A DNA stretch of 64,000 bases from an uncultured Actinomycetota bacterium (GTDB taxonomy: Bacteria > Actinomycetota > Actinomycetes > JACCUZ01). The stretch covers positions 1,235,666 to 1,299,665 of the forward strand of contig CAWIXB010000001.1 of assembly GCA_963839955.1 (NCBI GenBank). The letters run 5' to 3'. The position numbers and the translations under genes were made by a program. The notes beneath the pieces are model-generated. The model was not told where the DNA came from. It saw only the letters and a program-made list of their open reading frames with translations, and did no database searches. Positions 8,994-20,064 of the stretch are shown piece after piece. Numbering within the stretch: position 1 is the stretch's first letter; the number at the start of each line of letters is the position of its first letter.

Positions 8994-10394
8994 TCAGGCA
9001 CCCTTCAGCCGAGAGCCGCGGACGAGGGCTTCGCGCCCGAGCCCGCGCAACGAGGCATCGAGCACCTCGATCGTGTGGGCGAGAGCCATCTGGCCGCCGA
9101 GGCGGTCGAACGAGGAGCTGACCTGCATGAGGCAGCCCGGGTTTGCTGTCACGAGCAGCTCGGCGCCGGTCTCGAGGACGGCGCGGGCCTTCCGGTCACC
9201 CAGCTCACGCGCGGGCTCCGGGTTGAGCACGTTGTAGATCCCGGCCGAGCCGCAGCAGATCTCGGGGTCGGCGATCTCGCGCAGCTCGACCCCCGGGATG
9301 CCATACAGCAGTGCGCGCGGCTGGCTGCGCACTCCCTGTGCATGCGCGAGGTGGCACGCGTCGTGATAGGCCACCGTCACGTCCAGGGGATGGCGCGTCG
9401 CGACGGGACCGAGGTCAGTCAGGATCTCGCTGATGTCGCGCACCCGACCGGCGAAGGCAGCCGCGCGGTCGGCGTACGCCGGCTCGTCGGCGAGCAGCTC
9501 GGCGTACTCCTTCATCGCCGAGCCGCAGCCGGCCGCGTTGACCACGACGTGCTCCACGCCGGCCCGCTCGAAGGCGTCGATGGTGCGCCGCGCGAAGCGG
9601 CGGGCCTCGCTCTCGCGGCCGTTGTGCACGCTGAGCGCGCCGCAGCAGCCCTGGTTGCGGGGGATGACGACGTCGCAGCCCTCCATGGCGAGCACCCGCG
9701 CCGTTGCCGCGTTGACACCGGGGAAGAACGTGCCCTGCACGCAGCCGGTGAGCATGCCGACGACCGCGCGTCTCGCCCCTCTTGCAGCGACCCGCTCGGG
9801 CAGTGGTCGCGACGACCGCAGCCGCGGCGCCAGGGACTCCATCGCCGCCAATGGCGGTGCGAAGCGGGTCAGCAGCCGGCTGCGCCGCACCAGCCGCTGC
9901 AGGCCGATGCGTTGGTAGGCGCGCAGCGGTCCGCGCACCAGACGCAGCCGGCGAGGGTAGGGGAACAGCGCGAAGATGGCGCCGCGCAGCATCCGTTCGC
10001 GCGGTGTGCGCGCGTGCCGCCGCTCGACCTGCGCGCGGGTGCTCTCGATGAGCTTGTCGTACTGCACGCCGGACGGGCACGCCGTCACGCACGCCATGCA
10101 GCCGAGGCAGGCGTCGAAGTGACCGACCATCGAGTCGGTCATGGGGTCGCCGTCGAGGCCGGACTTCATCAGGTAGATACGACCGCGGGGCGAGTCCATC
10201 TCCTCGCCCCACAGCACATAGGTCGGGCAGGTCGGCAGGCAGAAGCCGCAGTGCACGCAGTCGCCGACCAGCGCGGCATCCGGCGGCCGGTGGTCGTCGA
10301 ACGCCGGTTCGCCCGACGAGGTGGCCACGGCTTGCGGCCCCTCGCTGCCCTGCGTGCCCTTGGTGGCCTCCACCGGGGCGCTGTCGCTCGACAT
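8994..10394 (-). CDS. glcF: glycolate oxidase iron-sulfur subunit (CCG-domain Fe-S oxidoreductase)
   Basis: Two CxxCxxCxxxCP ferredoxin motifs are present (CVHCGFCLPTCPTY and CLGCMACVTACPSG), with Cys-rich CCG repeats downstream. The start was set at ATG 10394 (MSSDSAPVEATK…), which has a GGAGGGA RBS. The track ORF extends further upstream without support. Confidence 0.8.
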   Translation of the reverse strand: MSSDSAPVEATKGTQGSEGPQAVATSSGEPAFDDHRPPDAALVGDCVHCGFCLPTCPTYVLWGEEMDSPRGRIYLMKSGLDGDPMTDSMVGHFDACLGCMACVTACPSGVQYDKLIESTRAQVERRHARTPRERMLRGAIFALFPYPRRLRLVRGPLRAYQRIGLQRLVRRSRLLTRFAPPLAAMESLAPRLRSSRPLPERVAARGARRAVVGMLTGCVQGTFFPGVNAATARVLAMEGCDVVIPRNQGCCGALSVHNGRESEARRFARRTIDAFERAGVEHVVVNAAGCGSAMKEYAELLADEPAYADRAAAFAGRVRDISEILTDLGPVATRHPLDVTVAYHDACHLAHAQGVRSQPRALLYGIPGVELREIADPEICCGSAGIYNVLNPEPARELGDRKARAVLETGAELLVTANPGCLMQVSSSFDRLGGQMALAHTIEVLDASLRGLGREALVRGSRLKGA

Positions 10395-10407
10395 CCGGAT
10401 CCCTCCG

Positions 10408-11550
10408 CTAGATCCCGCCGACGAACCGGCCCGGTGCGAGCCGGTGGTGCGGGTCCATCTCGTCCTTGACCCTGCGCATGAGTGCGAGGCCCGGCACCGG
10501 GCCCCACATGTCGACTGCCTCTCTGACAGGTGGGGGAGCGGCGAGCACGACGACGTTCCCGTCGTACGCCGAGGCGCCCGTCCGCAGGTCGGTGACCAGC
10601 GCCTGTACCGCCTCGGGGTCCGACGAGCCCGGGACGCCGGCGTGCACCACACCAGCCGCGCTGCCGCGCAACGAGATCTCGGTGCCGTGGCGCGCCGCTG
10701 AGGCCCGGGCGATCTCGAGGACCCGGGACAAGCCGGTGATGCGCGTGGTGACCTTGAGCGCCACGTCGTCGCTGCCCCAGGGGTGGGTGTTCCACCAGGG
10801 CGGCGCCGCCGGGTCGCCGTCGGCGGTGCCGAGCAGGTCAGCGGTCGCGCGCACTCGCTGTGCCACGCCCTCGGCGGTGCCTTCGAGCAGCACGCCGACG
10901 CGAGGGCGGCCGTCGGCGGGCCAGTCGACCTCGACGGCGCTGGGCACGACCTGCGAGCCGAGCACCGCCGCCGTCGCGCGGCCCAACGAGGTGGCGTCGT
11001 CGACGTCGACCCCGACCACGTGGCGCACCGAGGGCAGCGGGTGGAGCCGGAAGATCGCCTCGCAGACCAGCCCGAGGGTGCCGTAGGAGCCCGCCAGCAG
11101 CTTGGCGAAGTCGTAGCCGGCGACGTTCTTCACGACCTTGCCGCCCGCCTTCGCGATCACCCCGTCGGCGCGCACGAAGGTGATGCCGATCAGAAGGTCG
11201 CGCACTGTTCCGCGCAACAGCCGTCGCGGCCCGCTCGGGCTGACCGCGATGGTGCCGCCTACCGTGGCGCCGCGCTCGCCGTCGTCGAGGGCGAGCTCCT
11301 GTGCTGCGCCGGCGAGCACCTGCTGGAGCTCGGCCACCGGTGTCCCGGCGCGGACGACGACGACGAGGTCGCCCGCCGCATGGTCGACGACGCCGGTCAG
11401 TCCGGTCGTGTCGACCACGAGGTCGACGGCGGTCGGCGGCGCGCCCCAGTCGATGCGGGTGCCGTTTCCGCGTGCGACCACGCTCAGGTCGTGGTGCGTC
11501 GCGGCGTGGAGCAGGTCGGCCACCTCGGCGGTGGAGTGCGGCGCGGCCAC
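10408..11550 (-). CDS. glcE: glycolate oxidase FAD-binding subunit
   Basis: It is an FAD-binding PCMH-type N-terminal region (…VVARGNGTRIDWGAPP…) placed between glcD and glcF, in the same order as the E. coli glcDEF genes. Confidence 0.7.
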   Translation of the reverse strand: MAAPHSTAEVADLLHAATHHDLSVVARGNGTRIDWGAPPTAVDLVVDTTGLTGVVDHAAGDLVVVVRAGTPVAELQQVLAGAAQELALDDGERGATVGGTIAVSPSGPRRLLRGTVRDLLIGITFVRADGVIAKAGGKVVKNVAGYDFAKLLAGSYGTLGLVCEAIFRLHPLPSVRHVVGVDVDDATSLGRATAAVLGSQVVPSAVEVDWPADGRPRVGVLLEGTAEGVAQRVRATADLLGTADGDPAAPPWWNTHPWGSDDVALKVTTRITGLSRVLEIARASAARHGTEISLRGSAAGVVHAGVPGSSDPEAVQALVTDLRTGASAYDGNVVVLAAPPPVREAVDMWGPVPGLALMRRVKDEMDPHHRLAPGRFVGGI

Positions 11551-11666
11551 GAAGCGCGCCTCGACGCCACCGACAGCGTCCGCGCTCTCGGCCGGGCGGA
11601 CCCGGTCGTCGCAGGTCTTGGCCAGCTCGGCGCGGACCTCGTCGTCGCTGCGTGCGGAGGGCAGGG

Positions 11667-13154
11667 TCAGAACACCTCCGCCAAGCCGGTCTCCTGCAGC
11701 GGGTGGACGCCCTTCTTGCGACCGGGCACCTCGCCGCAGAGGCGGGGGGTCGGGAAGACCTTGCCGGGGTTGGACAGGTGCTGGGGGTCGAAGGCGCAGC
11801 GCAGCATCTGCATGGTGTCCAGGTCGTCGTCGGTGAACATCCGCGGCATGTACTTCGCCTTGTCCATGCCGACACCGTGCTCGCCGGTGATCGAGCCGGC
11901 GTACTCGATGCAGAGATCGAGGATGGCGCCCGAGATCTCCTCGGCCTTCTCGCTCTGGCCCGGCACCGTGTCGTCGAACAGGACGAGCGGGTGCAGGTTG
12001 CCGTCGCCGGCGTGAAAGACGTTCGCGACCCGTACCCCGCCCGGCTCGTCGTCGGACATCGCGGCGATGCGACGCAGTACGTCAGGCAGCGCGGTGCGCG
12101 GGATAACGCCGTCCTGGACGATGTAGTCGGGACTGATGCGGCCCACAGCGGCGAACGCCGACTTGCGGCCCTTCCAGAACAGCGCGCGCTGGGCGTCGTC
12201 CTTCGCGATGCGGATCTCGAAGGCGTGGTTGTCCTGGCAGAGCTTCTCGACCTGGCCGAACTGCGCCGCCACCTCCGGCTCGGGCCCGTCGAGCTCGATG
12301 ACCAGCACGGCACCGGCGCCCTCGGGGTAGCCGCACTGCACCGCCTCCTCCGCGGCCTCGATGGCCAGCGCGTCCATCATCTCGATCGCGGCGGGGATGA
12401 CACCGGCACCGATGATGGCCGACGTCGCTGCGCCCGCCTCGTCGGTCGAGGGGAATGCCGCGAGCATCGTGCGGACCGCCTCGGGCGCCCGCAGCAGCCG
12501 GACGGTGACCTCGGTTGCGATGCCGAGCGTGCCCTCGGAGCCGACGAACGCACCGAGCAGGTCGTAGCCGGGCGGGTCGGGTGCACGACCGCCGAGGCGT
12601 ACGACGTCGCCGTCGGGCGTCACCAGCTCGACACCGACGACGTGGTTGGTCGTGAAGCCGTACTTGAGGCAGTGAGCGCCGCCGGAGTTCTCGGCCACGT
12701 TGCCGCCGATCGAGCAGATCTGCTGGCTCGACGGGTCGGGCGCGTAGTAGTAGCCGTGCGGTGCGGCGGCCCGCGTGACGTCCAGGTTGATGACACCGGG
12801 CTGCACGACCGCTCGTTCGTCCGCAGCATCGACCTGGAGGATCTCGCGGATCTGCGAGGTCACGATCAACACACCTTCGGCGTGCGGCAGTGCCCCACCG
12901 GAGAGCCCGGTGCCGGAGCCACGGGCGACGTAGGGGACTCCGGCGTCGACGCAGGCCCGGACCACCGCGGCCACCTGTCCGGTGTCGCGGGGGAGCACGA
13001 CGACCGCGGGTGTGACCTTGTAGTGCGCGAGCCCGTCGCACTCGTAGGTGCGCAGCTGGGCGTGGTCGGTGAGGACGGCGTCCGTGCCGAGCTCGGCGTG
13101 CAGCCGCGCGACCAGACTCTGCAGCGTCGGGGACGCCATGATCGAGGTGGCCAT
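11667..13154 (-). CDS. glcD: FAD-linked glycolate oxidase subunit GlcD
   Basis: The 495-aa ORF has the FAD-binding-4 pattern (VVLPRDTGQVAAVVRACVDAGVPYVARGSGTGLSGGALP) and a C-terminal FAD-oxidase domain. Confidence 0.85.
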   Translation of the reverse strand: MATSIMASPTLQSLVARLHAELGTDAVLTDHAQLRTYECDGLAHYKVTPAVVVLPRDTGQVAAVVRACVDAGVPYVARGSGTGLSGGALPHAEGVLIVTSQIREILQVDAADERAVVQPGVINLDVTRAAAPHGYYYAPDPSSQQICSIGGNVAENSGGAHCLKYGFTTNHVVGVELVTPDGDVVRLGGRAPDPPGYDLLGAFVGSEGTLGIATEVTVRLLRAPEAVRTMLAAFPSTDEAGAATSAIIGAGVIPAAIEMMDALAIEAAEEAVQCGYPEGAGAVLVIELDGPEPEVAAQFGQVEKLCQDNHAFEIRIAKDDAQRALFWKGRKSAFAAVGRISPDYIVQDGVIPRTALPDVLRRIAAMSDDEPGGVRVANVFHAGDGNLHPLVLFDDTVPGQSEKAEEISGAILDLCIEYAGSITGEHGVGMDKAKYMPRMFTDDDLDTMQMLRCAFDPQHLSNPGKVFPTPRLCGEVPGRKKGVHPLQETGLAEVF

Positions 13155-13178
13155 GTCAGTCCCTGTTCCCCAAGCCGC

Positions 13179-14786
<1,608 letters not shown>

Positions 14787-14975
14787 GGGCGTGGTCCTCC
14801 CAGATGAAGCTGGTTGCGGCCGCAAACTCTGACGCGGACGCTAGACCGCCGCTGACATGACGGTCAACGCGACCCTGTCCACGCCGTCGTCCGTGGCTCC
14901 GTGCCGTGCCCCTTACCCCGTGGCGGCGTGAAAACGCGGCTGCCGCATCCAACCGGGCGTGACACTCTGGACGGG

Positions 14976-16445
14976 ATGACCGAGCCAGCTAGAGGCGTTG
15001 AGACAGCACAGATGACTTCCGTTCCCTACCGGGCAGAGGCGCAGCCGCACGACGGCGAGCAGCGCGATCTGGCCGACCGCCAGGCGCTGCGACGCGTCGC
15101 CGGGCTCTCGACCGAGCTCCAGGACGTCACCGAGGTCGAGTACCGCCAGCTGCGCCTGGAGCGCGTCGTGCTCATCGGCGTCTGGACCGGGGGCTCCATC
15201 GAGGCGGCCCAGAACTCGCTGGCCGAGCTCGCGGCGCTCGCCGAGACCGCTGGTGCCGTGGTGCTCGACGGGCTCATCCAGCGCCGCGACCGGCCGGACA
15301 CGGCGACGTACGTCGGCTCCGGGAAGGCGCGCGAGCTGCGCGACATCATCGTCGCCGAGGGCGCCGACACGCTCGTGTGCGACGGCGAGCTGACCCCCGG
15401 CCAGCTGCGCCAGCTCGAGGAGGTCGTCAAGGTCAAGGTCATCGACCGGACCGCGCTGATCCTCGACATCTTCGCCCAGCACGCCAAGAGCCGTGAGGGC
15501 AAGGCGCAGGTGGAGCTGGCCCAGATGGAGTACATGCTCCCGAGGCTGCGCGGTTGGGGTGAGTCGATGTCCCGCCAGGCCGGCGGTGCCGGAGGCTCCG
15601 GCTCCGGGGGCGTGGGCACCCGCGGCCCGGGCGAGACCAAGATCGAGACCGACCGGCGTCGGATCCGGACCCGGATGGCCAAGCTGCGCCGTGAGATCGG
15701 CGGCATGAGGACGGCGCGCGACACCAAGCGTCAGGAGCGCCGCCGTCACGAGGTGCCCTCGGTCGCGATCGCGGGCTACACCAACGCCGGCAAGTCCTCG
15801 CTGCTCAACCGGCTCACCGACGCGGGCGTGCTGGTCGAGAACGCGCTCTTCGCCACCCTCGATCCGACGGTGCGCCGCGCGCAGACCCCGGACGGCCGCG
15901 ACTACACGCTCTCCGACACCGTCGGGTTCGTCCGCCACCTGCCCCACCAGCTCGTCGAGGCCTTCCGCTCCACGCTCGAGGAGGTCGGCGGCGCCGACCT
16001 GCTGCTGCACGTCGTCGATGCGTCCGACCCCGACCCCGAGGCGCAGCTCGCCGCGGTGCGCGAGGTGCTGGCCGACGTCGACGCCCACGACGTCCGCGAG
16101 GTCGTCGTCGTGAACAAGGCCGACGTCGCCGCACCCGAGGTCGTCGATCGGCTGCTGCTGCGCGAGCCGCACGCCGTCGTCGTGTCGGCGCGCACCGGCC
16201 AGGGTCTGGAAGGGCTGCGGGCGCTCATCGCCGACGAGCTGCCCAAGCCGTCCGTGCCGGTCGACGTCCTGGTGCCCTACGACAGGGGCGACCTCGTGTC
16301 ACGTGTGCACGACGAGGGCGACGGCATCGAGGCCGAGCACGTCGCCGAGGGGACGCGGCTGCGGGCGAGGGTCACCCACGCCTTGGCCGGCGAGCTCGCC
16401 GCCTTCAACGGCAACGGCAACGGCAACGGCAAGCCCAAGCCCTGA
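14976..16445 (+). CDS. hflX: GTPase HflX
   Basis: The HflX N-domain and G-domain are present (GYTNAGKSSLLNRLT, DTVGF). The C-terminus ends in an NGNGNGNGKPKP tail. The start is uncertain: ATG 14976 or ATG 15012. The track start at 14901 is probably too far upstream. Confidence 0.85.
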   Translation: MTEPARGVETAQMTSVPYRAEAQPHDGEQRDLADRQALRRVAGLSTELQDVTEVEYRQLRLERVVLIGVWTGGSIEAAQNSLAELAALAETAGAVVLDGLIQRRDRPDTATYVGSGKARELRDIIVAEGADTLVCDGELTPGQLRQLEEVVKVKVIDRTALILDIFAQHAKSREGKAQVELAQMEYMLPRLRGWGESMSRQAGGAGGSGSGGVGTRGPGETKIETDRRRIRTRMAKLRREIGGMRTARDTKRQERRRHEVPSVAIAGYTNAGKSSLLNRLTDAGVLVENALFATLDPTVRRAQTPDGRDYTLSDTVGFVRHLPHQLVEAFRSTLEEVGGADLLLHVVDASDPDPEAQLAAVREVLADVDAHDVREVVVVNKADVAAPEVVDRLLLREPHAVVVSARTGQGLEGLRALIADELPKPSVPVDVLVPYDRGDLVSRVHDEGDGIEAEHVAEGTRLRARVTHALAGELAAFNGNGNGNGKPKP

Positions 16446-16505
16446 CCCCCACCCCCACCCCCACCCCCACCCCCACCCCCACCCCCACCCCCACCCCCAC
16501 CCCCC
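16446..16505. repeat. (CCCCCA)~10 hexanucleotide microsatellite immediately 3' of the hflX stop
   Basis: Read directly: cccccacccccaccccc… runs for about 60 nt. The complementary strand is (TGGGGG)n, which is capable of forming a G-quadruplex. Confidence 0.9.
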
Positions 16506-16518
16506 GGCTCCCAACCCC

Positions 16519-16941
16519 GTGGTGATCATGCAGTTGTGCAGCTGCGCCTCTCTCACCTGCGCAAACTCCAGTGGTGATCATGCAGTTGTGCAGCACGCCC
16601 TGGACTGACCGCCGCACGCGTCGCTGGCGGACCGGGTCCCGAAGATCGCAACCAGGCCCCACAAAGGTGTCGGCATCGGGCCCGAGGCACGCTCACCGTG
16701 AACGACCGAGCGAGGTAAAGGCTCGCGTTGTGGGGGCTGTTGCGATCACCCAAGGAGCGGGCGGAGACAGACGGGACAGAACCGGCGAGATGACGCGGCC
16801 GGGCGAGCAGCGACCGATCAGGCGCCCCCGGCCCGTCGAGTACGCCGGAGCGTTGCCGACCAAGGGCTGCACAACTGCATGATCACCGCACGGGTTTGCG
16901 CAGGTCAGAGCGTTGGTCCGGCACAACTGCATGATCACCGG
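16519..16941. mobile_element. MITE-like inverted-repeat element of about 420 bp: four copies of the 21-mer GGTGATCATGCAGTTGTGCAG (two direct on the left, two inverted on the right) plus a shared CCTGCGCAAAC sub-motif
   Basis: Copies lie at 16521-16541 and 16573-16593 (forward), and at 16867-16887 and 16921-16939 (reverse complement). CCTGCGCAAAC at 16556-16566 matches GTTTGCGCAGG at 16894-16904. The interior (16594-16866) has no credible gene. Confidence 0.6.
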
Positions 16942-17126
16942 TGAAGGGTGGGGTGGCGGGTGGGTGAGAAGGCGGCAAGTAACAGAGAGTAACTGTGCGA
17001 TTACGGTGCCGGATTTGTCTGTAGGCCCGTTCTCGGGCTTCGCCAATCCGTCGATCCTCCCGTGGCCGAACGAGTGTCGCCACCGCTGTGACGCCGTCAC
17101 AGCCACTCACCCCTCGGGAGGGGACC

Positions 17127-18665
17127 ATGTCTCGATCGAGACAGCCCGCACGGGCACGCGCAGTCGCGCTGCTCGGCGTGGGCACACTGCTCGTCGGCGG
17201 CGGCCTCGCCGGCCTCGCGCCCGGCGGCGCCACCGCATCAAGTCACCGGGAGGCCCCGGCCATCTCGGGGATGCCGGAGTACGACAACACCGACACCTAC
17301 GCGTTCGTCAGCCCGGACAAGCCCGACACGGTCACCCTCGTGGGGTCCTGGATCCCGTTCGAGGAGCCGGCGGGCGGGCCGAACTTCTACCCGTGGGCAA
17401 CCGACGCCCGCTACAACATCAACATCGACAACGATGGCGATGCCAAGCCGGACATCACCTACCGGTGGAAGTTCAAGAACAAGCGCACACCCGGCCCGGC
17501 GGACAGCTTCACCGGCAACGGCACGTTCCTGCACAACAACGGGCCGGTGACGTCGCTCAACGACGCGAACCTGCTCTTCCGGCAGACCTACGACCTGCGC
17601 AAGGTCAGCTACAACAACGCCGGGTACGTCACCAGCCGCCGCACCTTGCTCGACGACGCGCCCGTGGTGCCGTCGCGTGTGGGGAATGCGTCGATGCCGA
17701 ACTACGACGCGCTGTTCAACGCGGGGATCAAGAGCGTCACCGGCGGGATCAAGTCCTTCGCCGGCCAGTCAGACGACCCGTTCTTCCTCGACCTGCGCGT
17801 CTTCGACCTCCTCTACGGCGGCAACCTGTCCGAGGTCGGTAACGACACCCTCGCGGGGTTCAACGTGAACACCCTCGCCCTGCAGGTCCCGAAGGCCAAG
17901 CTGACCGCCGGCGACCCGGTGATCGGCGTGTGGAGCACGACGGACCGCCGCAACGCGCACGGCGCCTACAGCCAGGTGTCGCGACTGGGCAACCCGTTGG
18001 TCAACGAGGTGGTCGTGCCCTACCGGGTCAAGGACGCGTTCAACGCCTCCAAGCCGACCGATGACGGTGCGGCTGCCCCGCTGGTCACCAACCCGGAGCT
18101 CGCGAAGATCATCCAGGCGGTCTACGGCATCCCGGCCCCCAAGACACCGCGCAACGACCTCGTGTCGGTGTTCCTCACCGGTGTCGCCGGGCTGAACAAG
18201 CCGGCCAGTGTCACGCCGAGCGAGCAGCTCCGGCTGAACACGTCGATCAAGCCGTCGACGTCAAAGAAGCGGCTCGGCGTCATTGACGGCGACAACGCCG
18301 GGTTCCCCAACGGCCGTCGCCTTTCCGACGACGTGGTCGACATCGCCCTGCAGGTGGTCGAGGGCGAGCTTGTCGGCTCGAAGAACGACCTGGGTGACGC
18401 GGTGAACCAGAACGACAAGGAGTTCCGGAGGAGCTTCCCGTACGTCGCCACGCCGCACTCCGGGTCGACCGTGAATCCGCACAAGGTCAACAAGGGCTTC
18501 ACGGCCCTGACCGGCGGCAAGGCGCCGGACACCCCGGCAGGGGGCGGGCTCACCGACAGCCCGGTCGCCCCTGTCGCGCTGATCGGAGTCGGCGCGCTGT
18601 TGCTGGCCGCTGGTGCATTCGCCACGACCAGGTGGACGCGACGCCCGCACGTCGCGACTGCCTGA
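17127..18665 (+). CDS. DUF4331-family secreted protein with a C-terminal membrane anchor
   Basis: The signal peptide is followed by the signature ATASSHREAPAISG motif of DUF4331. The C-terminus contains a hydrophobic helix, PVAPVALIGVGALLLAAGAFATTRW. ATG 17127 has a GGGAGGGG RBS. The track start at GTG 17088 is an alternative. Confidence 0.75.
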   Translation: MSRSRQPARARAVALLGVGTLLVGGGLAGLAPGGATASSHREAPAISGMPEYDNTDTYAFVSPDKPDTVTLVGSWIPFEEPAGGPNFYPWATDARYNINIDNDGDAKPDITYRWKFKNKRTPGPADSFTGNGTFLHNNGPVTSLNDANLLFRQTYDLRKVSYNNAGYVTSRRTLLDDAPVVPSRVGNASMPNYDALFNAGIKSVTGGIKSFAGQSDDPFFLDLRVFDLLYGGNLSEVGNDTLAGFNVNTLALQVPKAKLTAGDPVIGVWSTTDRRNAHGAYSQVSRLGNPLVNEVVVPYRVKDAFNASKPTDDGAAAPLVTNPELAKIIQAVYGIPAPKTPRNDLVSVFLTGVAGLNKPASVTPSEQLRLNTSIKPSTSKKRLGVIDGDNAGFPNGRRLSDDVVDIALQVVEGELVGSKNDLGDAVNQNDKEFRRSFPYVATPHSGSTVNPHKVNKGFTALTGGKAPDTPAGGGLTDSPVAPVALIGVGALLLAAGAFATTRWTRRPHVATA

Positions 18666-18675
18666 CCAGATGAGT

Positions 18676-18712
18676 CGCCCGCCCGGCTGCGGCACTCCGC
18701 AGCCGGGCGGGA
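18676..18712 (+). terminator. strong GC hairpin (about 15-bp stem, 5-nt loop) between the DUF4331 gene and the TPR gene: an intra-operon attenuator or partial terminator
   Basis: Read directly: cgcccgcccggctgcgg-cactc-cgcagccgggcggga. There is no U-tract. The downstream gene starts 24 nt later with its own RBS (GAAGGAAA). Confidence 0.4.
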
Positions 18713-18735
18713 GACCGGGAAGCGAAGGAAACCGC

Positions 18736-20064
18736 ATGACGCCTCTGCTGAGGACGATCCGCGTGGCACTCGTCGTCGTCACGCTCAGCGCGATCATCAC
18801 GCTCGCCGCCACCATCTCTCTGGGTGGCGCGGCCGACGACCGTCGCGGTGCCGTGCCACAGGAGCCGGTCGCGTTGCAGCGGCTGGGCTCCTCCGACCTC
18901 TCCGCCGTCGTTGCCGGGCTGCAGCAAGGGCTGCGCGCGCAGCCCGAGGACGAGCGCGCGTGGTCCACGCTCGCCCTCGCCTACGTCGAGCAGGCCCGGG
19001 TCACCGCGGACCCCAGCTACTACCCGAAGGCCGAGCGCGCTCTTGACCGGGCCGCCCGGCTGTCGTCCGGCGACGACCTGATGCTCACCGGTCGCGCCAC
19101 CCTCGCCGGGGCTCGCCATGACTTCACCGCCGCACGCGCGTTCGCTGACCGCGCGCTGCGAACCAACCCCTACAACGCGCAGGCGCACGCCGTACGGTCG
19201 GACGCGCTCACCGAGCTCGGCCGCTACGCTGCCGCGTCCGCGGCCGCAACACGCGCCGACCAGCTGCGGCCCGGCGACGGCACATTCGCACGGCTGTCCT
19301 ATCAGGCGGAGCTGCGCGGCGACCTGGCCGGCGCGATGCGGCTGATGCGTGCCGCACAGACAGCGGCGGCCAGGCCGGAGTCCTTCGCGTTCGCGGCCGC
19401 CCACCTCGGCGAGCTGGCCCGCGCGTCCGGAAGCACGCGCGCCGCCGCGCGGCACTTCGCCGCTGCCCTCGACGCCGACCCCGACAGTGGTGCGGCGCGA
19501 GTCGGCCGGGCCCGGCTCGCCGTCGCCCGCGGCAACATCGCTCGCGCCGAGCGCGACTACCTCGCCGTCGTACGCCGGCTGCCTCTGCCCGAGTACGTCG
19601 TGGAGCTGGGCGAGCTCTACCAGGCGAGCGGTCGGCCCGAGCAGGCCCGGCGGCAGTACGCCGTGGCCGCCGCCTCGGCCGCGTTGGCCCGGTCCAACGG
19701 CGTCGGCACCGACCTCGAGACGGCACTCTTCGAGGCCGACCACGGCATCGCGAGCGAGGCGCTTCGCGCGGCGCGCGACGAGTGGGGTCGCCGGCACAGC
19801 GTGCACACCGCCGACGCACTGGCCTGGGCCCTGCACACGTCCGGCCAGTCCGCGCAGGCCCTTCCGTATGCCCGCCGGGCAACCTCGCAGGGCAGCCAGG
19901 ACGCGCGGGTCCTGTTCCACCGCGGTGTGATCGAGGCCGCCGCCGGTGACGCGGCGCTCGCGCGCCGGTTGCTGACCCGTGCAGTCGAGGTCGACGGCGG
20001 CAGCCACCCGCTACGCGCCCAGCAGGCCCGCACGCTGCTCGCCGGCCTGGGAGAGAACCGATGA
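18736..20064 (+). CDS. tetratricopeptide-repeat protein with an N-terminal TM anchor
   Basis: ATG 18736 gives MTPLLRTIRVALVVVTLSAIITLAATISLG (TM). The remainder is Ala/Leu/Arg-rich TPR-like helical repeats. The stop overlaps the next start (ATGA). Confidence 0.7.
   Translation: MTPLLRTIRVALVVVTLSAIITLAATISLGGAADDRRGAVPQEPVALQRLGSSDLSAVVAGLQQGLRAQPEDERAWSTLALAYVEQARVTADPSYYPKAERALDRAARLSSGDDLMLTGRATLAGARHDFTAARAFADRALRTNPYNAQAHAVRSDALTELGRYAAASAAATRADQLRPGDGTFARLSYQAELRGDLAGAMRLMRAAQTAAARPESFAFAAAHLGELARASGSTRAAARHFAAALDADPDSGAARVGRARLAVARGNIARAERDYLAVVRRLPLPEYVVELGELYQASGRPEQARRQYAVAAASAALARSNGVGTDLETALFEADHGIASEALRAARDEWGRRHSVHTADALAWALHTSGQSAQALPYARRATSQGSQDARVLFHRGVIEAAAGDAALARRLLTRAVEVDGGSHPLRAQQARTLLAGLGENR

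Noticed and set aside
16571-16882. 103-aa Arg-rich ORF spanning the interior of the MITE-like element
   Set aside because: It starts and stops inside the repeat copies, so it is an artefact of the repeat sequence. The composition is typical of GC-rich non-coding DNA.
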